Source: a virus
Taxonomy: Duplodnaviria > Heunggongvirae > Uroviricota > Caudoviricetes
IMG/VR virus record: IMGVR_UViG_3300021475_000005
Strand: one strand, 5' to 3'
Length of the DNA: 64,000 nt
How positions within the stretch are numbered: the stretch's first letter is position 1; every line of letters starts with the position of its first letter. Positions 27,436 to 37,101 of this stretch are shown one piece after another. The notes beneath the pieces were generated by a model. That model was given only the letters and a program-made list of their open reading frames with translations, searched no databases and was not told the origin of the DNA. The position numbers were made by a program, and so were the translations under genes.

Positions 27436-28288
27436 CGACTCCCATCGCATCGAGAAGCAATTGATTTGCTTCTATCTTGAATTTCGGATTGACCGGCAGC
27501 TTGTCCATACCGTTATCCTTGACCCACGTAATAGATTCCTCGATGAAGTCGTCGAGGACCGCAATACGCGACCCTTCCCCGATTTCACCCGTGATCGCTT
27601 TACGCCTCAAAAGCGCATTGATCTCATCACGCACTTCAAGCGCCATGATGTCATGCGACATGAGCGCTGGAAGTGTCATCGGAGGGACTTCGCCGTAACG
27701 CTTGATCCACTGGATAGAAAGCGATCCGCGAATCGCGTAAAGATATTTCTTCTGGTTGACGGTCGTCAGTCCTTTGATGGTGTTGCCTGACTGACGCAAC
27801 TCTTCCATGTATGCAGCGGTTGGACGATTGGCGAATTCTTTTTGATAACAAGTATTCGTCAGTCCCCAGTAATGTCGCGCCGACGCCTCCGGCGACGCAT
27901 ACCGTTTGATGAGATCGCGCAGACGATATGGTAGCGGCCCATGCTCACGATAGATCAGCGGCGATGACAGCCATTCAGCGACCGTAGCATTCCCCTTGAC
28001 GAGCAGTTGGAGCGCCTTACGCAAATCCCAGCCGTTGATATCCCAGACGCCTGTGATAGGCTGTTCGATCACGTCCTCTGGCTCGTCGAGCGCGAGATAT
28101 CTGGAAAGCGGGCGCACAAAGAAGAATCGCACATCGTTGTCGCTGTCCGGCGAAGGAAATCCCCATGCCCGGCTGCCGGATTCGACGGCGAAGACTACCG
28201 TGACGTTATGTTCGGCTTCGATCTGGCCGAGGCGGATGTTAGCTTCGCCGTAGACTTCACGTGGGAGTTCGGGGGCGTTGAAACTCAC
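27425..28288 (-). CDS. Pol-beta-superfamily nucleotidyltransferase (RlaP/YcgL-like)
   Basis: VESGSRAWGFPSPDSDNDVRF...DINGWDLRKAL.L..KGN...EWLSSP. Confidence 0.85.
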   Translation of the reverse strand: MSFNAPELPREVYGEANIRLGQIEAEHNVTVVFAVESGSRAWGFPSPDSDNDVRFFFVRPLSRYLALDEPEDVIEQPITGVWDINGWDLRKALQLLVKGNATVAEWLSSPLIYREHGPLPYRLRDLIKRYASPEASARHYWGLTNTCYQKEFANRPTAAYMEELRQSGNTIKGLTTVNQKKYLYAIRGSLSIQWIKRYGEVPPMTLPALMSHDIMALEVRDEINALLRRKAITGEIGEGSRIAVLDDFIEESITWVKDNGMDKLPVNPKFKIEANQLLLDAMGVGGG

Positions 28289-28448
28289 TTCTTCACCTTC
28301 AATGACCGAATTACTTCTTCCACAGTGACTATCCAGCGTCTAATCTCACCGATTCGGTCTGGGTCCGCAATAGAGGTTGACAAATTTCCTACATGTTTTT
28401 CCATCGACGCTCTCAGCATACTGAGTTGTCGGATGGAATTCTCATTCA

Positions 28449-28652
28449 TTAGTCTTTTCTCAGTCTCTTTCTGATTTCAGCCACCGTCTCGCGCACGACC
28501 ATGATGTTGGAAATGCTGCCGTCAGGAGTCAGGCCCAGCAAGCGTGTCCAATTATCGGTCGAGACATAAGCGAAGATGTGATCGAAATTGACGAAGACCT
28601 TCTCCGTCTCGCTGTTGTTGACCGAACGCGTGACTTCAATAAATTTCGCCAT
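28449..28652 (-). CDS. Small hypothetical protein
   Basis: MAKFIEVT...VNFDHI...VVRETVAEI, a common small phage beta-protein pattern. Confidence 0.55.
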   Translation of the reverse strand: MAKFIEVTRSVNNSETEKVFVNFDHIFAYVSTDNWTRLLGLTPDGSISNIMVVRETVAEIRKRLRKD

Positions 28653-28659
28653 GACAGAC

Positions 28660-29244
28660 CTATGCGCTGAAGATGATTGCCGTCATAGAAACACTCACGA
28701 AAATGAAGACAGCAGCATGTGCAATCGCCGACCAGACTTTCGCATCATGACTATGCCAATCGTATTCGATGGTTGTCATGCGACCGTCCTTATCGGCTAT
28801 GATCTTCTGCCCGTGAAATTTCATGAACGATCTCCAGATCACACAGCCGAGCACGATCCAAACAATAGAGCCGCCGACCGCCGCCCAGAATGCGTGTCCG
28901 AACAGGTACAGGAAGATCGTCACGACGGTCAGCGTACCGGCTGGCGTCTTGATGAAATCATTGACGCCGACCGACATGGCCTTGGCAGATGCCGCAATTG
29001 CGTCCCCAATCCCTTTGCCGGTGATCGCCCATTCCTTTGCCTTGTCAACGGTGATGGCAGGCATCGCCGTCTTTGCGCGTTCGGATGCCAGTTCATCAAG
29101 AATGGCATTACGTGAAGTCTGGTCGAGTTTCGTCAGATCGATAGTGACGGTCCCCGGATTATTCGCGGGCGCAGGATCGTCAGCAAAGACAGGTGTTGTC
29201 AGGAGCATCCCCACGGCCACCACGGAATATTTCAAGATTTTCAC
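28660..29244 (-). CDS. Membrane protein with signal peptide
   Basis: Signal peptide plus three C-terminal hydrophobic segments. Confidence 0.65.
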   Translation of the reverse strand: MKILKYSVVAVGMLLTTPVFADDPAPANNPGTVTIDLTKLDQTSRNAILDELASERAKTAMPAITVDKAKEWAITGKGIGDAIAASAKAMSVGVNDFIKTPAGTLTVVTIFLYLFGHAFWAAVGGSIVWIVLGCVIWRSFMKFHGQKIIADKDGRMTTIEYDWHSHDAKVWSAIAHAAVFIFVSVSMTAIIFSA

Positions 29245-29624
29245 GACTTTAGCTCCTTCGCAGCATACTTTTTCAGCGCCCGTATCTCACCGGCTGTGAG
29301 ATAAAAATGGTTGGGGTAATCAGCCATAATTATGGTGTCGTCGTCAATGTCTAAATATGTCGGAGCTTTCGAAAAAGCGTGCAATGCTTCTAGAAATGTC
29401 GTGAATTCGATAAATTCTTCCTCTTTCAGCCACTCGGGAGTGACGGCAATCCCGTGCATGTCGATGATATGCTCGGTTTCATCGATCTGACGGTCATATG
29501 AAGCCTCCTTGAGCTTTAGACGAATTTCGTCATAGGCCTTCTTGGAAATCGCCAGCGTCGCATAAGTATAGGTCATAGTTCCTCGACCATCGGTAACCTG
29601 AATGTGGCATCGCAGGCACCACAA
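29241..29624 (-). CDS. Hypothetical protein
   Basis: ORF in the abutting series. Confidence 0.5.
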   Translation of the reverse strand: MWCLRCHIQVTDGRGTMTYTYATLAISKKAYDEIRLKLKEASYDRQIDETEHIIDMHGIAVTPEWLKEEEFIEFTTFLEALHAFSKAPTYLDIDDDTIIMADYPNHFYLTAGEIRALKKYAAKELKS

Positions 29625-29793
29625 CTGTAGAGGTCCGAATCAAATGAAAAATCAGAAGCAACTCTGTGAAGAATCGCATGCGGACAGCGGTCATACGCTA
29701 TAAGTGTCTTGCGGACTGGACGGTCGAAGAAAACATGCAGCCCCAAACCGAATGCAATCATCGACATGACCAAGCATATCAAATCGCTTAAAC

Positions 29794-30318
29794 TCATTGC
29801 ACAGCCATCTTGTCGATTGCATCATCAATTGTCGGAAATTGAGGAATTCCGTACCACTTGCAAAGAACGTCGATATTCCCCTTGCGCCAGAAACCGTCTG
29901 GACAAACAACGAAAATATCGCAAAACGGTCTAGAGAGTGCGATTCCCAATTCCATCAAGGAAATCGGACTCAATGTATCAGGATGGAAATAGAAGAGAAT
30001 TATATCGGCGAGTTCTATCGCACTCAATTCCCATTCGACCTGCTCGACGAATTTGGGATTTTCGATGGATTGCTCCCACGATGAATCCCAGTCGTCTCGC
30101 CGTGGATTGAAAACAGCGAAACCACGCTGCACGAGTTTATCTGCTGTTGAAGTCTGCCAATCGACCGCCGTGCCCATTTCTATTGAGCCCGCAAGGAAGA
30201 CGGATTGTTCGAGGAGATAGCTTACAGGGGAAGGTGGCTTGATAATCATGATTTTTTCACCACGGATATACCGTTGTCTTCCAGTTCTTTCCGGATGGAC
30301 GAGCGCCGATTGAGACAT
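29794..30318 (-). CDS. Nucleoside 2-deoxyribosyltransferase-like protein
   Basis: VFLAGSI...DWQ...VFNPRRDDWD...QVEWEL...SPISLMELG...FWRKGNIDVLC. Confidence 0.8.
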   Translation of the reverse strand: MSQSALVHPERTGRQRYIRGEKIMIIKPPSPVSYLLEQSVFLAGSIEMGTAVDWQTSTADKLVQRGFAVFNPRRDDWDSSWEQSIENPKFVEQVEWELSAIELADIILFYFHPDTLSPISLMELGIALSRPFCDIFVVCPDGFWRKGNIDVLCKWYGIPQFPTIDDAIDKMAVQ

Positions 30319-30445
30319 TTCGTTTTTAAGCCGTCGAGTATGACGATCAAATCTTGTTCTATCTTGTCGAGCCGATCATATTCATCGCTTTGCTCGACGT
30401 AGAGTTCGAAGAGTTTGCGCAGTTGTTGCGGTGTGCGTTTTTCCG

Positions 30446-30856
30446 TCATATCCGCATCCTCGCTCCGCGTGTGATTGCATTTCCATTCGTTTTAGAACAA
30501 GGCCCAATCCCAACGCATGTAATGGTAGGCGCATCGAAGACCGTGTGAGCCGCATCCTGAATCATCACGAAATCGACATTGCGATTGATAGCGCGTTCGC
30601 AAATCTTTTTGAGCGCTGGAAGATCATCGACTTCCATGTTGATCTTGGTCTGGCCTTTATGCACGAGCCCCGTTTCGGAAAGACCACCCTCCTCGTAGTT
30701 CATATAGTCGTGCAAAACATCCATACCGGCAGAATGCTGCGCACACTGATAGATCAACGAGGCCGCTGCGTGCGCAGCTTGGACTTCACCCTTTGCACGC
30801 GTCATCTCAGGCAGATCGGCCCGGAAGACAATGTAGATGCGATAATCATCATTCAT
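30446..30856 (-). CDS. Peptidyl-tRNA hydrolase type 2 (Pth2-like)
   Basis: IVFRADL.M..AK..QAAHAA...IQDAAHTVF..PTITCVGIGP. Confidence 0.8.
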   Translation of the reverse strand: MNDDYRIYIVFRADLPEMTRAKGEVQAAHAAASLIYQCAQHSAGMDVLHDYMNYEEGGLSETGLVHKGQTKINMEVDDLPALKKICERAINRNVDFVMIQDAAHTVFDAPTITCVGIGPCSKTNGNAITRGARMRI

Positions 30857-30858
30857 TT

Positions 30859-31507
30859 TTAGTCCTCAAAATAAAGACCAATGATGATTGATGTTCCGCC
30901 CAATGCTCCCGTCGTCATACAGCAAGCAGCAATCGCTCCAAGCGCATGACGCAGTACGAGACCCTCCCAGCCGAAATCGACGATGAAAGCCGCAACGCTG
31001 ATCATCATCAATACGAAGCCGAGTTCGACGCAATGGGTTTGCCAGTCCTTCATCTTATGATTTCCCACTTGGAGAGATTGGTATAGAAATGGAGGCGTAG
31101 AGGACCGAATGCCCATGTCGTCCGAGTTTTCCAGATCGACGGTTCATTACCACGATAGTGCTTGAGAACGGACTTACGCTTGCGCCCAATCGCCCATGAT
31201 CGTGGAATGATGGAGATGCCGATTCCGTTCATTTTTTCTCCTCGTCTTCCGATAAACGGCGACCGTATACATCAAAACGTTTTGGTAATTGAGAAAAGTT
31301 AAATTGTTCATCTACTGCGATCTCCAAACCACGAAGAACACCGGGAAGATGATCTAATCCCCATATGTCAACCAAGCCGTCCCATTCACCAAAATGAAAT
31401 TGTTCAAAATCACTCTCGTAAACAGTGTATTTGATTCCTAATTCTTTCGCTTGCGCTAGTAAGGAAGCAACGTCTTCCGGTTGTGTCGTGTAAACGTGAA
31501 GTCTCAT
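30859..31507 (-). other. Three small hypothetical ORFs
   Basis: 30859-31116 (TM), 31050-31232 and 31229-31507. Confidence 0.5.
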
Positions 31508-32718
31508 GCCACCAAGTCCTCTCGCGAAAGTAAATAATTCTGGATTTCAGCCTGCGGCATCGGGAGTGCTTTATAGGCCTGCAATTCTGACAAGAACTTC
31601 TCCTGATCCTTCATCGGATGGAAACGTTCGAACATCTGCACTGCGACACACGCGTCAGCCGGTCCCAAATGGACTGTCTTATCGATACGACCATCCCGCA
31701 GAAGCGCTTTATCGAGCTTGTCAGGCGTATTCGAGGTGATGAACAAGACGCGGCCTTCGCGGCTTGCAATGCCGTCTATAGCATTCAGAAGCCCCGAGAG
31801 TGTAATGCCACTCTTCGCGGCACTGCCGACCGTCAGGGGTTTTTCACGTGTCGCACGGTCTTCTGTGACGCCGATGCTGTCGATGTCCTCGATCACGAGG
31901 TAGCCGTCTTTCGCAGCGCTGAAAGCATGCTGTAGCTGGTTGTCATTGTCCATGGTAGCCGGATTGACGAGAAAGATAGGCTTCTCGGTAGCGCTAGCAA
32001 TGGCATATATGAGTGTTGTCTTACCGGTTCCGGGAGGGCCTTCGAGAAGGTAACCTCTTCGATACGGAACTCCACGTACGGAATACCAATCGCGGTTATT
32101 ATGAAACTTCTGGACATCCTTGAGAAGAGATTCTTTCACGCCCGGCGCGCAATAAACCGTTTCAAAGCTCCGTTTCGGACGGCGATCCATGAGGTAATAT
32201 TCCATCCCATTCCACATGTATATTGGAATGTCATCACATTGCTGCACGTGCTGGTAGACGTTGGAAATAAGTTCTCGAATTGCGTCCTGCTTTCGACCTA
32301 GGGTCGTGATATAAATTGTCTGCTTGCGGCGACTGTATCCATCGCCGCCTTTTCCTTCTTTGTCATCGAGATCGCGGGCGACAAGAAACGGACGCCATCC
32401 GCGCCAGATCAGGTGTGTTCCGGGACCCGGCGAGACGACCGAACGACGTTTTTCATTCTCTTCGTCCCAGAATTCTGAGATGGCAAGTTTACGAGCTTTA
32501 TATGCGCACGGGTCTTCCGCGAGATACTGGTTCAAATAAGAAAAGAAATTGTCTTCCGAGAAGACGGTCAGTTTGACTGTCAATTGTCCTTTGATATGCC
32601 GCCAGAGATTTTTTGGAGCTTCTTTAATGTTCCCCATGATCCATCCGGCAGCCGCAACGCCAATACCCCCTGCGACGAAAGGATTATGCTGAATGAAGGT
32701 GTTGAATGTGGCGAACAT
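31504..32718 (-). CDS. BCS1-like AAA+ ATPase
   Basis: N-terminal TM; GVPYRRGYLLEGPPGTGKT, IEDID, TLSGLLNAIDG, LDKALLRDGRID. Confidence 0.85.
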   Translation of the reverse strand: MFATFNTFIQHNPFVAGGIGVAAAGWIMGNIKEAPKNLWRHIKGQLTVKLTVFSEDNFFSYLNQYLAEDPCAYKARKLAISEFWDEENEKRRSVVSPGPGTHLIWRGWRPFLVARDLDDKEGKGGDGYSRRKQTIYITTLGRKQDAIRELISNVYQHVQQCDDIPIYMWNGMEYYLMDRRPKRSFETVYCAPGVKESLLKDVQKFHNNRDWYSVRGVPYRRGYLLEGPPGTGKTTLIYAIASATEKPIFLVNPATMDNDNQLQHAFSAAKDGYLVIEDIDSIGVTEDRATREKPLTVGSAAKSGITLSGLLNAIDGIASREGRVLFITSNTPDKLDKALLRDGRIDKTVHLGPADACVAVQMFERFHPMKDQEKFLSELQAYKALPMPQAEIQNYLLSREDLVA

Positions 32719-32772
32719 GCGAATCCTTGAGAAGCGCGAGTGTCGGATTTTATGACAGGCTCTGTCAAGAGG

Positions 32773-33150
32773 CTATTTCTGGGTGCTCAAGATTAGAACG
32801 ATTCCAAGGTAGATAAGCTGGTGGAGCAATTGATCGAATCCCAGCAACTGCCAGAACTGCTCGTGCGTCGTCGGACCCCATCCCATCTTCTTGTTGAGAT
32901 TCATCTTACCCCAATCGATGAGATAGTGTGCCACGAACTCGGCAAGCGCCAGCCAAAGCGCAATGAGACTGCCACCGGTAAATCCCAGCAGCAGGCAAAA
33001 TGTCATCACGGCATGCTGTCCGGCATGCAGAATTCCACCCGGATGTCCGAATGTTCCTTTATTCTTCCATTGATAGGGAGGCTGATAGAGAAAATCTAAA
33101 ACGAAGTGCTTGACTTGGAAGACAAAGAGGAGAAGCAGCGTCGCCATCAA
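32773..33150 (-). CDS. DUF3307 membrane protein
   Basis: KHF..DF..Q...KNK...H...HYLIDWGK...FW..LGFDQLLHQL. Confidence 0.75.
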   Translation of the reverse strand: MMATLLLLFVFQVKHFVLDFLYQPPYQWKNKGTFGHPGGILHAGQHAVMTFCLLLGFTGGSLIALWLALAEFVAHYLIDWGKMNLNKKMGWGPTTHEQFWQLLGFDQLLHQLIYLGIVLILSTQK

Positions 33151-33458
33151 TCGTCCTCGGACTCGAATTCAATTTCGATCACGGACTCCTTGACAAACTC
33201 GATGTTGCCCCATTCATTGAACACCGGATATTCGCCGTTATCATCGATGAGATAATTCAAGCAAACCTCGACGATCTCGCGCTGTGTACGCGGCAATTGC
33301 ATCCATCCGGCGCACATGGAATCGCTGTATTCGTTCCACGCAAGCTCTGCGTCTTGCGTATGCAGACACAAACCGAACTGACGGAATGCCTCGACGATGT
33401 GAGCGACATCAATCGGATAACGCGGCTCTGTTGCGTACATGAAGCGAAGAGTTTTCAT
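33147..33458 (-). CDS. Hypothetical protein
   Basis: ORF in the abutting series. Confidence 0.55.
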   Translation of the reverse strand: MKTLRFMYATEPRYPIDVAHIVEAFRQFGLCLHTQDAELAWNEYSDSMCAGWMQLPRTQREIVEVCLNYLIDDNGEYPVFNEWGNIEFVKESVIEIEFESEDD

Positions 33459-33470
33459 GGTTATTCCCTT

Positions 33471-33785
33471 TTATTGGCAGACGGAATCAATAGACACTAT
33501 CTGTGTTTCTTCCTTCGTGTAGTCTTGATTCGGTTCGCTTTTATAATGATAGATAAGTTGCTTCACATGCACGGTCACATTCTGATAGCCCGGACAGTTC
33601 GACGACAGGTGAAAGCCGCAGTGATATCGGCATGTGTAGCAAAAGCCGAATTTATAGCATCGTGCTACCGCCTGTCGTGTCCCCATGTCGGTCGTCTTCG
33701 TGACGATGGGTTCTTCACATCCTGCGAGCAATGCAATACAAGCAAGCGTCACCAAAGCAATCGTGATGGTTGTCAATATCTTCAT
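33471..33785 (-). CDS. Cys-rich lipoprotein
   Basis: MKILTTITIALVTLACIALLAGC lipobox; CYKFGFCYTCRYHC cluster. Confidence 0.65.
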   Translation of the reverse strand: MKILTTITIALVTLACIALLAGCEEPIVTKTTDMGTRQAVARCYKFGFCYTCRYHCGFHLSSNCPGYQNVTVHVKQLIYHYKSEPNQDYTKEETQIVSIDSVCQ

Positions 33786-33860
33786 GGCTTTTTCCAGACT
33801 TTGATGAGATACATGAAAAGAAACAGAATTGCGTTTCCGCATGCCCCGATGAAGACCGCG

Positions 33861-35603
33861 TCAGCTATGCTCATTTTTATATTTCTCCTTCAAGCCATAA
33901 CAGAGTTTCATGACTTTGACGAGCCAGTCATAATTGGCTTTTTGGTTTTTCGATTTTGCCAAGGTCTGCGCCAGACGAATGATATTCTTGATCTGGCGTC
34001 CGTTGATGTTCATAAGCCCGGCAAGCCGATGCTCGTCCCGACTGGCGCTGATCGGTATCTTTGCAGCTTGCAGAAGATTCCTCCAAATTTGCGCGCGCTT
34101 CTCTTCACTGGCCTCGTCGAAATGAAGATGAACGGAGATACGCGAAAGGAATGCCTTGTCGATAGAATCCATTCTGTTCGATGTTAGAAATAGAATGCCG
34201 GAATGATATTCCAGCAGTCGGAGAAATACGCCAACCATCGCATTGCGGACGATGTCGTCCGATGTACGCTGTTCGAGAAAGATGTCTGCTTCGTCGAGAA
34301 GCAGCACAGCATTCCAGATCATCGCGACATCGAGAATCTCGCGCAGACGCTTCTCCAAAACATCAGGATCGGTTCCAAGCTCCCCGACCGAGATGCTATA
34401 AAGCGGACGCTTGAGCACTTCGGCGACCGTCTCAGCGCTTAATGTCTTGCCTTGACCCGGAGGTCCTTCAAGCAGGAAGATCGTTCCACCGCCCTTACCG
34501 GCAACCAAGTCCTCGAAAGAATCGCCGCTGTACTCGACGAGGGCTTTTACAAGGTCCTTATGCTCCGGTTCGAGAACCAGTTGATCCCATGCCTGTGTGC
34601 GCCATTGGATGGGCTCCATTTTGGAAACGTCCATGCGCCCCCATGTCTTTGCTGCAAAGCTAAAGCCATACAGGAATGGATATGTGCGCCAAAGGTCGTC
34701 GTCGGAAAGAACGAGTTTTTGCGACGCTATACTGCGGCGTTCTTGATTCTGGAGATCGAGAGAAGACGCATATGTCTCATCTCGCCAGCTATTTGAATCG
34801 ATTTGACTGTACGAGTGAGCATCGATCATGATGCGCCCGGTTGCGCGGAATGACTTTGAGGTCCACCAGTTTGAACGAACGAGCGTTCCTGTGTAATGAA
34901 GGTAAGATGGACCGGTGGTGTATTCGCGATACTTTAATCCCCGTTTGTGGAGACTTTCTTTTTCAGCTTTTGAGATATGACGAATTGGAAGCTCGTCGAT
35001 CTTATGAAAGCCGTCAAAACTCCCGATTATCGTAATCAAGGAAGCGAATTGAAGAATCAATGATAAATTGTGAATAACTTTAAGTTTGACCTCGTAATAT
35101 GCTCCAAACATGGACGTGACAAATGACATCGATTCATAGACGCCGCCGACAGTCGTTCCTTGAAAATCGACGATGACTTCGTCGCCTTCTTTGAAAAAAT
35201 ACTGAATGTCGTCGAATTCGATCACGCCACGTTTCTGCGCCAACTCCATCCGTTCGGTCTGTTCGAGATGAAAGGCCTCAATCGGAGCCGTCAAAAGTAA
35301 GATGGCCTGCTCTGTAGAAGATAAGTTAAGATCGTAGGAAAGCCTCTCCTTGATATCGTCGAAGCAGCGCGTCAGGACGGTAAGCGGATAGACGTGCCCA
35401 TAGCGCCGTGCCTTTGCGGCTCCGATGGCATTTCCGACACTGGATAGGATGTTATCGCGTGTGCTGCCCCATTTCTTATCGTATTCCGGGTCCTCGTAGT
35501 CAAAGCACAGGTATCGGGTGCCGCTGCGCTCAAGCCTATGAAAAAGCTTTACTTTATCCCACACAGGTGGGGCATATACGAGGTTCACACCGAATCCTTC
35601 CAC
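33861..35603 (-). CDS. AAA+ ATPase of the family expanded in filamentous fungi
   Basis: GKGGGTIFLLEGPPGQGKTLSAE...LLLDEADIFLEQR...RNAMVGVFLRLLEY..GILFLTSNR...D.AF.SRI. Confidence 0.85.
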   Translation of the reverse strand: MEGFGVNLVYAPPVWDKVKLFHRLERSGTRYLCFDYEDPEYDKKWGSTRDNILSSVGNAIGAAKARRYGHVYPLTVLTRCFDDIKERLSYDLNLSSTEQAILLLTAPIEAFHLEQTERMELAQKRGVIEFDDIQYFFKEGDEVIVDFQGTTVGGVYESMSFVTSMFGAYYEVKLKVIHNLSLILQFASLITIIGSFDGFHKIDELPIRHISKAEKESLHKRGLKYREYTTGPSYLHYTGTLVRSNWWTSKSFRATGRIMIDAHSYSQIDSNSWRDETYASSLDLQNQERRSIASQKLVLSDDDLWRTYPFLYGFSFAAKTWGRMDVSKMEPIQWRTQAWDQLVLEPEHKDLVKALVEYSGDSFEDLVAGKGGGTIFLLEGPPGQGKTLSAETVAEVLKRPLYSISVGELGTDPDVLEKRLREILDVAMIWNAVLLLDEADIFLEQRTSDDIVRNAMVGVFLRLLEYHSGILFLTSNRMDSIDKAFLSRISVHLHFDEASEEKRAQIWRNLLQAAKIPISASRDEHRLAGLMNINGRQIKNIIRLAQTLAKSKNQKANYDWLVKVMKLCYGLKEKYKNEHS

Positions 35604-35642
35604 ATGTCCAGAAAACCGACATATGGGATTCGAATCGAGAGG

Positions 35643-36284
35643 TCAAGCCTTTAAGGCTGCCACCAGTTCCTCGTCAACGGAATCGATAATAGCCTCGGTG
35701 CTGGTCTTTCCGACCAGCGTTCTGATCTTGCGCACCATCCTGTCTGTCGCCTGCATATCTTCTGCTATCACCGTATCAGAAGGAGAAATTTTGAAGACAC
35801 TCTCAGTAATGCTTTGAAGCATCGCGCGCTGGCGGTCTTCCAGAAGAAAATCTTCTTCATCGCAAGGCCACATTCCCGGAACACGTTGTTCGAGTTTGGC
35901 GACATTGGGATAAAGCGCATTCAAGGCTGGAAAGTAATAACGACCGAGATATTTTTCTTCGATACAGTGCGCCAGTTGATGAACGATGCCGAGGTCGTCT
36001 AGCAACGACCGAGATTCGGAAAGTCCACACTTCGTCGCGATCATGCCGAGCCAGCACGCGGCATGCATGGCCTTCTCGACTTCGAATCGACGAATAAGTT
36101 CAGAACACAGAAAAGGACGCATGGAATGGTCGGTTAGCCGAGTGCAGAGCGCCTCGCCAAGATTGCGCTGCTTCACGAACTGCTCGGCTTCAAAGATATC
36201 TCGTGCGAATAATGTCGTCGTGCCGGTTATACTAGGCGTGTACTCACTCAGCGGAGTAACGCGATATTGAGTCATGAAGAGCAT
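35643..36284 (-). CDS. Hypothetical protein, paralogue of 37739-38392
   Basis: TTL(F/Y)ARD...H..CWLGMIA.K...D.G..H..AH...LEQ..PG. Confidence 0.7.
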   Translation of the reverse strand: MLFMTQYRVTPLSEYTPSITGTTTLFARDIFEAEQFVKQRNLGEALCTRLTDHSMRPFLCSELIRRFEVEKAMHAACWLGMIATKCGLSESRSLLDDLGIVHQLAHCIEEKYLGRYYFPALNALYPNVAKLEQRVPGMWPCDEEDFLLEDRQRAMLQSITESVFKISPSDTVIAEDMQATDRMVRKIRTLVGKTSTEAIIDSVDEELVAALKA

Positions 36285-36287
36285 GTG

Positions 36288-37100
36288 TTACCCCAGAATT
36301 CGCACAATGATATTATCCTCATCAACGAGCGCGAGAGCATTGAATTCTTCGGCTTTGTCGGCGCGCAATTCATGCAACCACAAAAGCGCAACGGGGCTTT
36401 CCATGAACGTCGCGTGTTCTGGTGTCGTCCAGATGAGATAACCGCTGTCCAAGTTAGCATAGCCACGTATTGCATCGGAATGGTTGCGGTTCCAGCGGCA
36501 AAGCGCGAGCATATCAATCTTCCTTGATCTCGATGTTCTTTTCGTTGATTTGATTGCGCACGAAGATCGCGATACCATAATGATCGCCAGCACCGTGACT
36601 GCTGATCGTAATATCACCAATGAAGACGCCGTCACTGCTCAGGATGATCTCGGTGCTGTTATCGAGAGCACGAAGAATAGCGGTGATAGGAGCTTTTACG
36701 CGCTTGCTCATCTCAGCATCTCCGCTGCCGCATAGACAATGCAGGCATCAGCATGATTGAAGTTATCGAGAGTGTCGTACCATTTCGCGCGCGCCCGGCA
36801 GTAGCGACACTTGACGTATCTCACTTCATCGACGACCTCGGTCTCAAGCGACCAGTTGATCACGATGAGAGCGATTTCTGCAACGACGGAGTCGTTCGGA
36901 ACAGTAACAAAGGGCCGCACAGGCGCGACCTTTTGGGAAAGAAAATCTTCCCAATCTTTTCTTCTGATCTCATTGATGAGATCACGTGAGAGTGAGCGCA
37001 TGCCTGCTGCCCGTTCCAGAAGAAGCGCGTGATAATCCGGCCACGGACGATCCAACAATGTCTCAAGTCGCGTGATAGCGACAGCGATAGCGGAATCCAT
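36288..37100 (-). other. Small hypothetical ORFs
   Basis: 36288-36635 (part), 36514-36711 and 36708-37100 (start trimmed to MDSAIA). Confidence 0.45.
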
Positions 37101-37101
37101 A

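Noticed and set aside
29794-30318. Thoeris/TIR defence gene
   Set aside because: The motifs fit the NDT-like family, there is no ThsA partner, and the context is a phage accessory region.
33297-34187. 296-aa plus-strand ORF (and similar long plus ORFs at 20580-21356, 22269-22982, 48429-49073, 49734-50420)
   Set aside because: They are antisense to well-supported minus-strand genes and have no motifs or RBS.
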